44,200 bases of DNA from Spirochaetaceae bacterium (GCA_009783755.1 WRCW01000001.1:1-44200), one strand, 5' to 3'; shown: positions 27,384 through 36,326, numbered from the stretch's first letter. The notes: a model not told the origin generated them from the letters alone. Numbers and translations are program-made.

Positions 27384-28604
27384 ATGTCAAATAATAATAG
27401 TGAACAAAAACGATTTTATAGAATAATAGCTTCTCTATGGTTGGGATCTGGTCTTGCAATAATTGGGGATTCTGCAATTTATACAGTACTGCCTCTTTAT
27501 GTAGGTATAGTTGGAATCTCTCTTTCAGATGCAGGAACTTTAATGGGAGTCAATAGGCTAGTACGGTTAGTAACTAATAGTGTTTTTGGATATCTCGTAG
27601 ATTTTGGAAATCCAAAAAAAATATTTGTTTCATCCTTGTTTATTGGCGCTGTTTCTTATTTTCTTTTTGGATTTTGTTATGGATTTACTATTCTTTTTAT
27701 TGCAAGAATTTTATGGGGAATTGCATGGTCAGGTATCAATATTGCAGGAACAAGTATATTGCTTGAAGAAACTACTGTTGAAAATAGAGGCAAATTGATT
27801 GGGTTGCATTATTTTTGGATTTCTGTCGGACATATTTTGGGTACTGTATTCGGTGGTGTCCTTTCAGATAAAATAGGGTTTCAGTCAACAATGGCTGTTA
27901 ATGGGTTTCTTGCTTTGGGAGGAGCTATTTATGTTTTTATTTTTTTGCCAGGTGCTAAAACTCATAAAAAAGAAAAAATATCTTTTACCAATTTTAAGAA
28001 AAATTATTCAGTTAAATTAGATTTAACTTTATTGCTTTATGCAGTCATTTTAGGTACTTCTCGTTTTGTTTTTGCCTTTATAGCTTCTTTAATTAGTATT
28101 ATTACAAAAGAAAAAATATCTCCATTTATAGTTTTTATTGGGATATCAACTTTGACAGGCATAATAGGAGGGGTAAAAGCAGGTATAGAAACGTGCATTA
28201 ATCCTATTATAGGATCAGTTGCTGATAAATTTAAAAACAGGTTATATGTTGTTACAATAACTTTATTATTTGGAGTTGCCGGACTTTTTATAATAACATT
28301 AGCTCCACCCTATCTGACTCTTTTAGGATTGTTATTGTGCACAGTTCCAACAGGAAGTATAAATGTATTAGTAAGAACCCTGGTAGGAGATCATGCTGTT
28401 GAAAAAAATAGTCAGGGACGTTCAATGGGATTTGTTTTTACTGTAGGAGATTTGGCAAGCGCTATAGGTCCTGTTTCTGCTTTTCGCCTTTTAAATCATA
28501 TTAGTCTTGATACAGTTTACCGCTGTTTATCTGTAATCCTTCTTGCTCTTGTAGCAGCAATAATAGCTTTTTTATATAAAGAAAAAAAATCAGTTAGCAG
28601 ATAA
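27384..28604 (+). CDS. MFS transporter, paralog 2
   Basis: 406 aa, collinear with paralog 1, starting 2 nt after its stop. The 3' end overlaps the convergent response-regulator gene by 15 nt. Confidence 0.88.
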   Translation: MSNNNSEQKRFYRIIASLWLGSGLAIIGDSAIYTVLPLYVGIVGISLSDAGTLMGVNRLVRLVTNSVFGYLVDFGNPKKIFVSSLFIGAVSYFLFGFCYGFTILFIARILWGIAWSGINIAGTSILLEETTVENRGKLIGLHYFWISVGHILGTVFGGVLSDKIGFQSTMAVNGFLALGGAIYVFIFLPGAKTHKKEKISFTNFKKNYSVKLDLTLLLYAVILGTSRFVFAFIASLISIITKEKISPFIVFIGISTLTGIIGGVKAGIETCINPIIGSVADKFKNRLYVVTITLLFGVAGLFIITLAPPYLTLLGLLLCTVPTGSINVLVRTLVGDHAVEKNSQGRSMGFVFTVGDLASAIGPVSAFRLLNHISLDTVYRCLSVILLALVAAIIAFLYKEKKSVSR

Positions 28605-29267
28605 ATCTACTAATCCTGTTTCAAGAGCAAATCTCATAAGCTCAACCATATTTTTACATTTAAGTTTTGACATAATACTAGCTTTATGGTTTTCAACAGT
28701 TTTAAAACTTATAAATAATTCGCTGCCTATCTCTCTTGTTGAATGTCCGCTAACAAGCTTTTTAAGAATTTCCTGTTCTCTCTCTGTAAGAGATTCATAA
28801 GATGATTTATTCATGGAAATTTCTGATTTTTCTACGTTATCTGGTAAAAGTTCAGATATAACTTTATTTGAAATATAGCTATCAATAAATATTTCTCCCT
28901 GAATAACTTTTTCCATTGCTGTTATGAGATTAATAGGCGAATTATCTTTAAGTATATACCCTTTAATTCCATTTTTTAAAGCATCTATAATATATTGAGT
29001 TTTTGAATGCATGGTGAGGATTATTATCTTAATGGATGGATCTTCTTTAAGAAGTTTTTTTCCTATTTCAAAACCTGATTGACCATGAAGTGATATGTCA
29101 AGCAATACTATATCAGGTCTAATCTTTGTGACAACTTTATATCCATCATCTGCGTTATCTGCTTCTCCTGCAATATTGAATTTATTGCTTTTGTTTACTA
29201 TTGATTTTATCCCTTCTCGTATAAGAGAATGGTCGTCAATGGTTACAACAGAGTATTTATCTTTCAT
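28590..29267 (-). CDS. response regulator, NarL/LuxR family (REC + HTH_LuxR)
   Basis: The receiver domain has the conserved phospho-acceptor context (IVLLDISL). C-terminal LuxR HTH (LTEREQEILKKLVSGHSTREIGSELFISFKTVENHK). Its start lies inside the last codons of the kinase gene. Confidence 0.92.
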   Translation of the reverse strand: MKDKYSVVTIDDHSLIREGIKSIVNKSNKFNIAGEADNADDGYKVVTKIRPDIVLLDISLHGQSGFEIGKKLLKEDPSIKIIILTMHSKTQYIIDALKNGIKGYILKDNSPINLITAMEKVIQGEIFIDSYISNKVISELLPDNVEKSEISMNKSSYESLTEREQEILKKLVSGHSTREIGSELFISFKTVENHKASIMSKLKCKNMVELMRFALETGLVDLSAN

Positions 29268-30549
29268 CGTTAGTATCCTTTAATACCATTTTTATACAAA
29301 TAGTATAGCCTATTTTAGGTTTATTTGTTATCTCCATTTCACCATCAAAAATATCTATTCTTTCCTGTATCCCCCTTAGGCCTATATGCTGATAACTACT
29401 TTCAGTTTCAAAAACAGGAGGCTTTAATCCTCTTCCATCGTCAGATATTTTCAGGAATATGTGAGGAGAATCTATGGAAAACAGAACATTAACATTTTTT
29501 GCACTAGAATGTTTGTAAACATTAGATAAACACTCCTGCAAAATTCTGTAGAGAGTTATTTGTTGAGATTTATTTATTGATATATTTTGAAATTCTTTTA
29601 TTTCAAGGTTTATATTTATATAGGTTTTTTCCTGAAAAGAATTGCAATAGTCATAGAAAACATTTTCTATACTATTATTTTCCAGCTCAGGCGGCATAAG
29701 ATCATATATTATACTGCGAATTTGACTTGTTGTTTTTGTAATTATTTCAGTAAGATTATCTATTGTTTTCATTGTCTCTCCTATAGGAGCCTGGGCATTT
29801 AAATCATAACAGAGCATTTTTGAAAAAGAGAGATTCTGGGCGATTGTGTCATGGATATCTAAAGCCAACCTTAATCTTTCTGTCTCTCTTTCTGATACAA
29901 TTGAATTCATTATTTTAAGTGTTTTCTCCCGTGCTTTTTTTTCTTTCAAATATTTTTTTAATATTATTCTGACAAATAACGCGGAACCAAGTATTATAAC
30001 TGTAAATAGAAAAAATAGACGCCAATGAAAAAGTAGCTGTCCTTTATTATAAACATCAAACCATCTTATAAGTTCTTTAAGACTATATTCAAAAATAACA
30101 GTATCATTTGTCAGCCAGTAGATTTGATCTGTAAAATATTTAAAATCAGCAGGCGTTTCTGCTATTTCTATCATGTTTAATTGAATTTCATCCCATAAAA
30201 TAATTACAGGCATAATATTGTTTATGACTTCTGGAGATGCTTTATTGAAGTGGTTCAATTTACTGTCTGATAAAAAACTAAAATCTCTTTTAAAAATATC
30301 AATGCTTTTATTAAGTTTTGCTTTTATATTTTCCTGTTTATCTGATTTTAAGTAATTTAATGCATCGGATTTCATCTCAATCCATTTGCTGTAGATATTA
30401 TCTATTTTAGATTTATATAGCATGAGTTCTTCAACTTCTTTTAAAATATTAAGCGAAAGAAGATAGATCAATATGCTGACTGCCGGAAGAACAAGAATGT
30501 ATAGGTAATATTTTTTTATTTTGCTGCATATGGCATTTATAATTTGCAC
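29257..30549 (-). CDS. sensor histidine kinase, NarL-partner type (HisKA_3 + HATPase_c), two TM segments flanking a ~150-aa extracytoplasmic domain
   Basis: H-box LALDIHDTIAQNL, N-box LQECLSNVYKHS, G-box DDGRG...GLRGIQER. Only a GTG start is available upstream of TM1. Confidence 0.88.
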   Translation of the reverse strand: MQIINAICSKIKKYYLYILVLPAVSILIYLLSLNILKEVEELMLYKSKIDNIYSKWIEMKSDALNYLKSDKQENIKAKLNKSIDIFKRDFSFLSDSKLNHFNKASPEVINNIMPVIILWDEIQLNMIEIAETPADFKYFTDQIYWLTNDTVIFEYSLKELIRWFDVYNKGQLLFHWRLFFLFTVIILGSALFVRIILKKYLKEKKAREKTLKIMNSIVSERETERLRLALDIHDTIAQNLSFSKMLCYDLNAQAPIGETMKTIDNLTEIITKTTSQIRSIIYDLMPPELENNSIENVFYDYCNSFQEKTYININLEIKEFQNISINKSQQITLYRILQECLSNVYKHSSAKNVNVLFSIDSPHIFLKISDDGRGLKPPVFETESSYQHIGLRGIQERIDIFDGEMEITNKPKIGYTICIKMVLKDTNDER

Positions 30550-30554
30550 GCAAT

Positions 30555-30563
30555 ATTATAACA
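30555..30563 (-). promoter_or_regulatory. extended -10 promoter element (TGTTATAAT) immediately upstream of the kinase start
   Basis: The minus strand reads tttttgTGTTATAATattgcGTG. Only 5 nt separate the -10 hexamer from the GTG start codon and there is no SD. Confidence 0.4.
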
Positions 30564-30618
30564 CAAAAAATGATTTCAGCGCTATAAAATTATTATAGGT
30601 AAAACATTGATATTTGTT

Positions 30619-33150
30619 TTAAATCCCTTTTTTTAAATTTCCCTTTGATGTGGTTTTAAATAATTTTGTAATTTTAATTTTATTGCCAGAGGATGGATTT
30701 TCCAGGTAGTTAATAAAAAGTTCTGTAATTATAGGTATTGTATCAGAATTATGCTCAGCAAAGCTAAAGTTTCTTAAATCTATAATAAAGTTTGATACTT
30801 TGTTCGTGCTGAGGGGGTTGTGCAGCACCCCCTTGTCTGTTGAGCGAGTGATTGCAGGTGAAGCTTTAAAGCAAGGTGCATCATTTTTAATAGCAGAAAC
30901 AATCTCAAGAGCTAACAAAAAATTGGTGTCATATAGTTCTGTATAATTCCATTTTCTTTTATATATTTTTAATTTTCTGCCATTTATTTCATCAAGAAAA
31001 GCTTCTCCGCAACAATTATAGTAACAACTGCTGTCGCTTATTTTTTTCCCGCACTTGTACTCAAGCAGACATTGTCTTGTTGTCATAAGTTTTACTGCAG
31101 AATATATAAAGCAGTATAGTGGCAGATCTGATCTTTCCGCCAATAGTTTTATTTGATCAAGTGAAAGTTCAAGAGATACTACTGCACCTCTGCAATCTGA
31201 TACTTCTGAAAACAGTTTTAGTGCAAGAGTATTTGTGATGTTTAAAAAAGGACCTGCGATCCACTCTTTCCCTGAATCCAGTATGGTTTCTATAAAAGAT
31301 GTATTATTTAAAATAATTTTATTATTGCAACTTTTTATAAGCTGTTTATATTTTTCTTCTGCACTATATTCAATTACACTTGGAAAAAAAAGGGTAAAGG
31401 TTTTATCTATATTAGTATTACTTGTTGGATCATTGACTTCCAGTATTATATCGATTTTTTCTCCATATAATGATTTTAGTTTTTCTGCTGTAACAATGTT
31501 ATCAATAAGAACAGAGAGCTTGTTTTTTATGTCATACCGATGAAAATCGGTATCTATTGTAGTGACTGATGGCACACCGGAAGTGTAATATTGTTTTAGA
31601 AAAACATCTTTTCTTGGAGAATCTATGGTCTCCAGAACTTCTGCTGTACATTTTCTTCTGGCGATGTTTATTAAGCTCGAAGGGATAAAAGCATTATTTT
31701 CCCATTTTTTAAAAATAATATTTTCAAGTTCAAATGGTGTATTACCAAATCTTGAAAGTTGTTTTGAAATATCTTCTTTAGAAGTAGAGTTCTTTACTGA
31801 TATAGAAAGAGGGTTTTCAGATTCATATATCCCATGCTTGTTCATCGCTGTAAGTTTAAGATTAAAATGTTCTCCTGATGCTGCGGATATTTCTGCTGAT
31901 ACAGGAATTTTTCTGAACACAGTACTTTCAATTGTTTTTTCTATTTCTCCTGCTTCAAGGGCTGGTCTTGATGCAAATACCTCATTCCCTTTTTTTATTT
32001 TTCCATCCAGTTTGCCTGTTATTTTTATTTTATATAAAATTGGTTTATCGTTTCTTTTAAAACTTTGTTTATCAGTTTTTTCTTTTGTATTATTGCTTAC
32101 AATATTTTCTGCTATAGCTGTGCATATAAAATATCCATATTTATCTTTTATAATTATTTCAGATGGAAGATCAGATTTTATCTGATGGCTGATTTCAAGT
32201 AAAAAGTTGTCTGCACTGTAAGACAGAACTTCTGCAATTTTTTTAAGAGAACGGTCAAGGGGAGTTTCTGAAAACATACTATTACTGACACTGTTTAAAA
32301 GATATCCTGATGTAAACAGCCTGTTAAAAACTCCATCAAGAAGCAAAATTGCTGTATCTTTTTTTTCTTTGTTATTAAGAACTGTTTTCCATCCTTTAAT
32401 TATTGAATAGACATAAGCAGGACTTTTAATTCGTCCTTCTATTTTTAAAGAGTCAACTCCGGTATCCATGAGTTCCGATGAGTGCTCCAGCGCACTGTTA
32501 TCCTTGAGGTTTAAATAATAGCTTTTTTTATTCCCCTTTTTATAAAGCCTTCTGCAATTTTGCTGGCATAATCCTCTGTTCCCTGAACACCCTTCCAGAA
32601 AAGAACATAAATAGCATTGTCCAGAATAGGAGATACAGTATGAACCATGTATAAAGACTTCTGTTTCAATATTATTTTTATGTGCTAATTTTGTAATTTC
32701 TTTGATTTCAGAAAGGGAGAGTTCTCTTGCAAGATTTACTCTTGCGATGTTGCACTTTGAAAAAAATACTATCTGTCCTTTAGTATGTGTTGTTGCCTGG
32801 GTTGAGATATGGATTTTTGCCATTGGATAAATCTTTTTTAAAATATAAAGAATCCCCATATCTTGTATTATAAAATCTGTAATTCCTGATATCATTGCAG
32901 TATCAATAGCATCAAGCAGAGACGGAATTTCTTCCTCTGTGATAAGAGTATTTAAAGTAAGGTATAGTTTTATTCCCCTAAGCTTTGCTTCTGAAACAAT
33001 AAGAGGTAATTGTTTGGGTTCAATATTTTTTGCCCTTTGTCTTGCATTAAAAAAAGGGAGTCCAAAATATACTGCATCAGCTCCTGCTGCAAATGCTGCT
33101 TTGATGCATTCGATATCTCCTGCAGGAGAAAGAATTTCAGGTTTCTTCAC
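30619..33150 (-). CDS. U32-family protein with two U32-like modules (843 aa)
   Basis: The N-terminal module has the canonical U32 start (PEILSPAGD...GADAVYFG) and Cys cluster EVFIHGSYCISYSGQCYLCSFLEGCSGNRGLCQQNC (about 32581-32640). The C-terminal part repeats a UbiV/YhbV-like pattern GPFLNITN...SLELSLDQIK...LMTTRQCLLEYKCGKK...SSCYYNCC (about 30950-31265). GTG start with no SD. Confidence 0.88.
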   Translation of the reverse strand: MKKPEILSPAGDIECIKAAFAAGADAVYFGLPFFNARQRAKNIEPKQLPLIVSEAKLRGIKLYLTLNTLITEEEIPSLLDAIDTAMISGITDFIIQDMGILYILKKIYPMAKIHISTQATTHTKGQIVFFSKCNIARVNLARELSLSEIKEITKLAHKNNIETEVFIHGSYCISYSGQCYLCSFLEGCSGNRGLCQQNCRRLYKKGNKKSYYLNLKDNSALEHSSELMDTGVDSLKIEGRIKSPAYVYSIIKGWKTVLNNKEKKDTAILLLDGVFNRLFTSGYLLNSVSNSMFSETPLDRSLKKIAEVLSYSADNFLLEISHQIKSDLPSEIIIKDKYGYFICTAIAENIVSNNTKEKTDKQSFKRNDKPILYKIKITGKLDGKIKKGNEVFASRPALEAGEIEKTIESTVFRKIPVSAEISAASGEHFNLKLTAMNKHGIYESENPLSISVKNSTSKEDISKQLSRFGNTPFELENIIFKKWENNAFIPSSLINIARRKCTAEVLETIDSPRKDVFLKQYYTSGVPSVTTIDTDFHRYDIKNKLSVLIDNIVTAEKLKSLYGEKIDIILEVNDPTSNTNIDKTFTLFFPSVIEYSAEEKYKQLIKSCNNKIILNNTSFIETILDSGKEWIAGPFLNITNTLALKLFSEVSDCRGAVVSLELSLDQIKLLAERSDLPLYCFIYSAVKLMTTRQCLLEYKCGKKISDSSCYYNCCGEAFLDEINGRKLKIYKRKWNYTELYDTNFLLALEIVSAIKNDAPCFKASPAITRSTDKGVLHNPLSTNKVSNFIIDLRNFSFAEHNSDTIPIITELFINYLENPSSGNKIKITKLFKTTSKGNLKKGI

Positions 33151-33181
33151 ATATTAAAGTTATATTAAAAACAATCTATCT

Positions 33182-33706
33182 TCAATTACCTGCATACATG
33201 CATTTTTTATAAATATATTCAATCATTATAGTGTTATCTTCTTTTTTTGTTTTCTTTTCTTCAAGAAAAATAAACGACAACTTTTTTAGCAATTCTATAG
33301 ATCGTTCATTGAGGGGATCCACTATAGCTCTTATTTCTTTAGAATAATTTTTTTCAAGATAATCTATAAATGCTTTGACAGCTTCAGTAGCAAAACCTTT
33401 CCCATGATACTCTTCGTTAAAATGGTATCCTGTTGAAAAATAACTATCTTCTTCTTTAAGATAAAGCACCCCAATAATTTTATTTTCTGCTTGAAGCTCT
33501 ACTCCGAACTCTTTTTCATGCCCGTTGTTGCAGTATGCTATTATAATGTCATTTATATTTTCATCAGCTTCTTCTCTTGTTATAGGAGAAAAATCATCGT
33601 ATTTAGCAATAACAGGATTGCCAAATATCTGAAAGTAATCTTCTGCATCGCTTTTGACAAGATTTCTTATTAAAACTCTTTCAGTTTTTATATTTATAAT
33701 TTCCAT
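33182..33706 (-). CDS. GNAT-family N-acetyltransferase (RimJ/RimL-like)
   Basis: 174 aa with the acetyl-CoA-binding region YHGKGFATEAVKAFIDY. Sits upstream of the U32 gene on the same strand. Confidence 0.88.
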   Translation of the reverse strand: MEIINIKTERVLIRNLVKSDAEDYFQIFGNPVIAKYDDFSPITREEADENINDIIIAYCNNGHEKEFGVELQAENKIIGVLYLKEEDSYFSTGYHFNEEYHGKGFATEAVKAFIDYLEKNYSKEIRAIVDPLNERSIELLKKLSFIFLEEKKTKKEDNTIMIEYIYKKCMYAGN

Positions 33707-33711
33707 ACTAA

Positions 33712-33740
33712 TTTACAATTTATGAAAAAACTAATAAAAT
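33712..33740 (+). promoter_or_regulatory. promoter candidate giving a leaderless aldo/keto-reductase mRNA
   Basis: TTTACA (33712-33717), 17-nt spacer, TAAAAT (33735-33740), then only 7 nt before the ATG at 33748. No SD. The whole divergent intergenic region is 41 nt. Confidence 0.45.
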
Positions 33741-33747
33741 ATCAATC

Positions 33748-34698
33748 ATGAAAACATATAAACTTGGACATACTGGAATAGAGGTTACAGAACTTTGTTT
33801 TGGCGCTTTGCCTATGGGGCCTATGCAGAAAAATCTGGATGTTGAATATGGCGCTTCAATTATTGCAAGAGCATTAAAAGCTGGAATCAACTTTGTAGAT
33901 ACTGCCCAGTCATATAAAACATACTTACCAATAAAAAAAGCAATGGATGCAACAGGTATTGTTCCTGTAATAGCCTCAAAAAGCAATGTTCCTGAATATA
34001 ATGATATGCAGAATGCTGTCTATGAAGCACTTGAACTTCTTGGACTTGATAAAATTGATATTTTCCATTTGCATGCAGCAAGAGGCGATAAAAATCTGTT
34101 TAAGATACGTGCCGGCGCTTTAAAAGCGTTAGTTGATCTCAAAGAAAAGGGAAAGATAAAAGCTGCAGGTGTGGCCAGCCATTCTGCTGAAGTTATTTCT
34201 CTGGCTGCTGAAGTTAAAGAACTTGATATTGTGTTCCCTCTGGTAAATTTTAAAGGGATGGGCATAATAGGGGGAACTCTCCCTGATATGGAAAAAGCAA
34301 TTGTAAAATGCAGGGATGCAGGCAAAGGTATATATCTTATGAAAGTACTTGCAGGGGGAAATCTTCTTGAAGACTATAATAAGGCGCTCCTGTATGCAAG
34401 ATCTCTTGGAAACTATCCAATTGCTATGGGAATGGTTAGCGAAGAAGAGGTTGATTATAATCTTTCTTACTTTAATTCAAAAGATACTTCTGGTTTTTCA
34501 AATCCCACATTAAAAGGATCCAGTAAAAGATATCAAGTTGTGCAACGAGCCTGTCTTAGTTGCGGAAAATGTATTGAGACTTGTGCTTCTTCTGCAATAA
34601 CTATGATAAATGAGAAAGCTTTTATAAATAATGAAAAATGTATAATGTGCGGCTATTGTGTTCCTGGATGTCCTTCTTTGTCGATAAGACCTGTTTAA
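33748..34698 (+). CDS. aldo/keto reductase fused to a C-terminal 2x[4Fe-4S] ferredoxin-like domain
   Basis: AKR N-terminus (LGHTGIEVTELCFGALPMG, INFVDTAQSY) and C-terminal CLSCGKCIETC plus CIMCGYCVPGCP. Confidence 0.88.
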   Translation: MKTYKLGHTGIEVTELCFGALPMGPMQKNLDVEYGASIIARALKAGINFVDTAQSYKTYLPIKKAMDATGIVPVIASKSNVPEYNDMQNAVYEALELLGLDKIDIFHLHAARGDKNLFKIRAGALKALVDLKEKGKIKAAGVASHSAEVISLAAEVKELDIVFPLVNFKGMGIIGGTLPDMEKAIVKCRDAGKGIYLMKVLAGGNLLEDYNKALLYARSLGNYPIAMGMVSEEEVDYNLSYFNSKDTSGFSNPTLKGSSKRYQVVQRACLSCGKCIETCASSAITMINEKAFINNEKCIMCGYCVPGCPSLSIRPV

Positions 34699-34701
34699 CT
34701 T

Positions 34702-34887
34702 ATGGAAGAAGAAGATATTATTAACGAAAATCAGATAGAAAGAAATCATGTCTACATAAAGAAAAAATATTTTTACAGATCTTTAATTGCCAGAGGCCGC
34801 AGTAAAATAAAAAATCATGAAACTGCAAAAAGGCTTGTGGGTCCGGATACAGCATATCATCTCTACTCATCCATAAAAAAAGATTAA
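34702..34887 (+). CDS. small basic ORF (61 aa), doubtful
   Basis: Starts 3 nt after the AKR stop with no SD. K/R-rich with no recognisable motif. Confidence 0.2.
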   Translation: MEEEDIINENQIERNHVYIKKKYFYRSLIARGRSKIKNHETAKRLVGPDTAYHLYSSIKKD

Positions 34888-34964
34888 AATAATCTCAAAA
34901 TTTGACATCTTCTCTCTCTATTAGTATCTTTAGTAAAACAACTAAAAGTAAGGATGTAGTTAAA

Positions 34965-36326
34965 TTGATTATCAGCAGAAGAAGTAACTTGCTGGAATTT
35001 GAACCTCATCGATATGAGCTTCAGGATGTTAATGAACCTATACTATATAGAGATATCTTCCCATATTATGATGTTCCAAATATTCCTTTTAATCACCGCA
35101 AAGTAGATATGAATATGCCTGAAAATATCTGGATAACAGATACAACTTTCAGGGATGGTCAGCAGGCAAGAACTCCATATACAGTTGAGCAAATAGTGGA
35201 CTTATATGAGTTTCTCCACAGGCTTGGTGGTCCTAATGGAATAATCAGGCAATCAGAATTTTTTGTTTACAGCAAAAAAGACAGAGATGCTATGGAGTCA
35301 TGCAGAGATAAGGGGTACAAATATCCTGAAATTACAACATGGATAAGAGCAAATAAATCTGATTTTGAATTAATAAAAAATATTGGAGTACGTGAAAGCG
35401 GTATTCTTGTAAGCTGCTCAGATTATCATATATTTAAAAAATTAAAAATGACAAGACGACAGGCATTTGACCATTATCTTGCAGTTGTAAAAGATGCGCT
35501 TGAAACAGGTATTGCTCCAAGATGCCACCTCGAAGATCTTACAAGAGCAGATTTTTATGGTTTTGTAGTTCCGTTCGTAAATGCTCTTATGGATTTATCA
35601 GAAGAAGCATCCATACCAATAAAATTTCGTATATGTGATACTTTAGGATTTGGCATACCTTATTCAGGTGTAACAATGCCAAGAAGTGTGCCGGGAATTA
35701 TTTCAGGGCTTCAGCACTTTTCAGGTGTTCCATCAGAGCGTATTGAGTGGCATGGACATAATGATTTTTATAAAGCAGTTGCAAATGCTACAGCAGCATG
35801 GCTTTATGGAGCATGCGCTGTCAACTGTTCACTGCTTGGTATCGGAGAAAGAACAGGCAATATCCCGCTTGAAGCAATGGTTTTTGAGTATGCTTCATTA
35901 AAAGGTTCTCTGGATGGAATGGATCCCTCGGTAATTACAGAAATAGCTCATTATTATGAAAATAATTTAAGTTATAAGATTCCTTCTATGACCCCATTTG
36001 TAGGAAAATATTTTAATCAGACAAGAGCAGGTATTCATGCTGATGGCCTTATTAAAGATGAGGAGATTTATAATATTTTTGATACAGAAAAAATATTAAA
36101 CAAGAAACCAAGTGTAATTATAAATAATGTTTCAGGTGTTGCAGGAATAACATATTGGTTAAATAACCATACAGAGCTAACAAATGGGAAAATTTATAAC
36201 AAGACAGATTCTGTTGTAATAGAAATGAAAGAGTGGATCGATTCTCTTTATGAGGATGGGCGTCAGAATACAATGAGTGATCAGGAACTTACTGATTTTT
36301 ATAATAAAAAATGTCTTAATGAATAG
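34965..36326 (+). CDS. DRE-TIM metallolyase of the isopropylmalate/homocitrate synthase family, Re-citrate-synthase-like
   Basis: TDTTFRDGQQA, HGHNDFYKAVANATAA and GIGERTGN motifs. No LeuA regulatory domain. The start is uncertain: the track start TTG at 34902 is the first half of a TTGACA that looks like a -35 box. An in-frame TTG at 34965 has AAGGA 10 nt upstream. Confidence 0.82.
   Translation: MIISRRSNLLEFEPHRYELQDVNEPILYRDIFPYYDVPNIPFNHRKVDMNMPENIWITDTTFRDGQQARTPYTVEQIVDLYEFLHRLGGPNGIIRQSEFFVYSKKDRDAMESCRDKGYKYPEITTWIRANKSDFELIKNIGVRESGILVSCSDYHIFKKLKMTRRQAFDHYLAVVKDALETGIAPRCHLEDLTRADFYGFVVPFVNALMDLSEEASIPIKFRICDTLGFGIPYSGVTMPRSVPGIISGLQHFSGVPSERIEWHGHNDFYKAVANATAAWLYGACAVNCSLLGIGERTGNIPLEAMVFEYASLKGSLDGMDPSVITEIAHYYENNLSYKIPSMTPFVGKYFNQTRAGIHADGLIKDEEIYNIFDTEKILNKKPSVIINNVSGVAGITYWLNNHTELTNGKIYNKTDSVVIEMKEWIDSLYEDGRQNTMSDQELTDFYNKKCLNE

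Noticed and set aside
31625-32185. 186-aa plus-strand ORF, plus the other antisense ORFs from the track (e.g. 31235-31543, 36914-37300, 22962-23342, 5656-5967, 10666-10962, 25542-25883, 13612-14736 group)
   Set aside because: All lie entirely inside, and antisense to or out of frame with, long ORFs that have clear family signatures. Their compositions are low-complexity. They are shadow ORFs.
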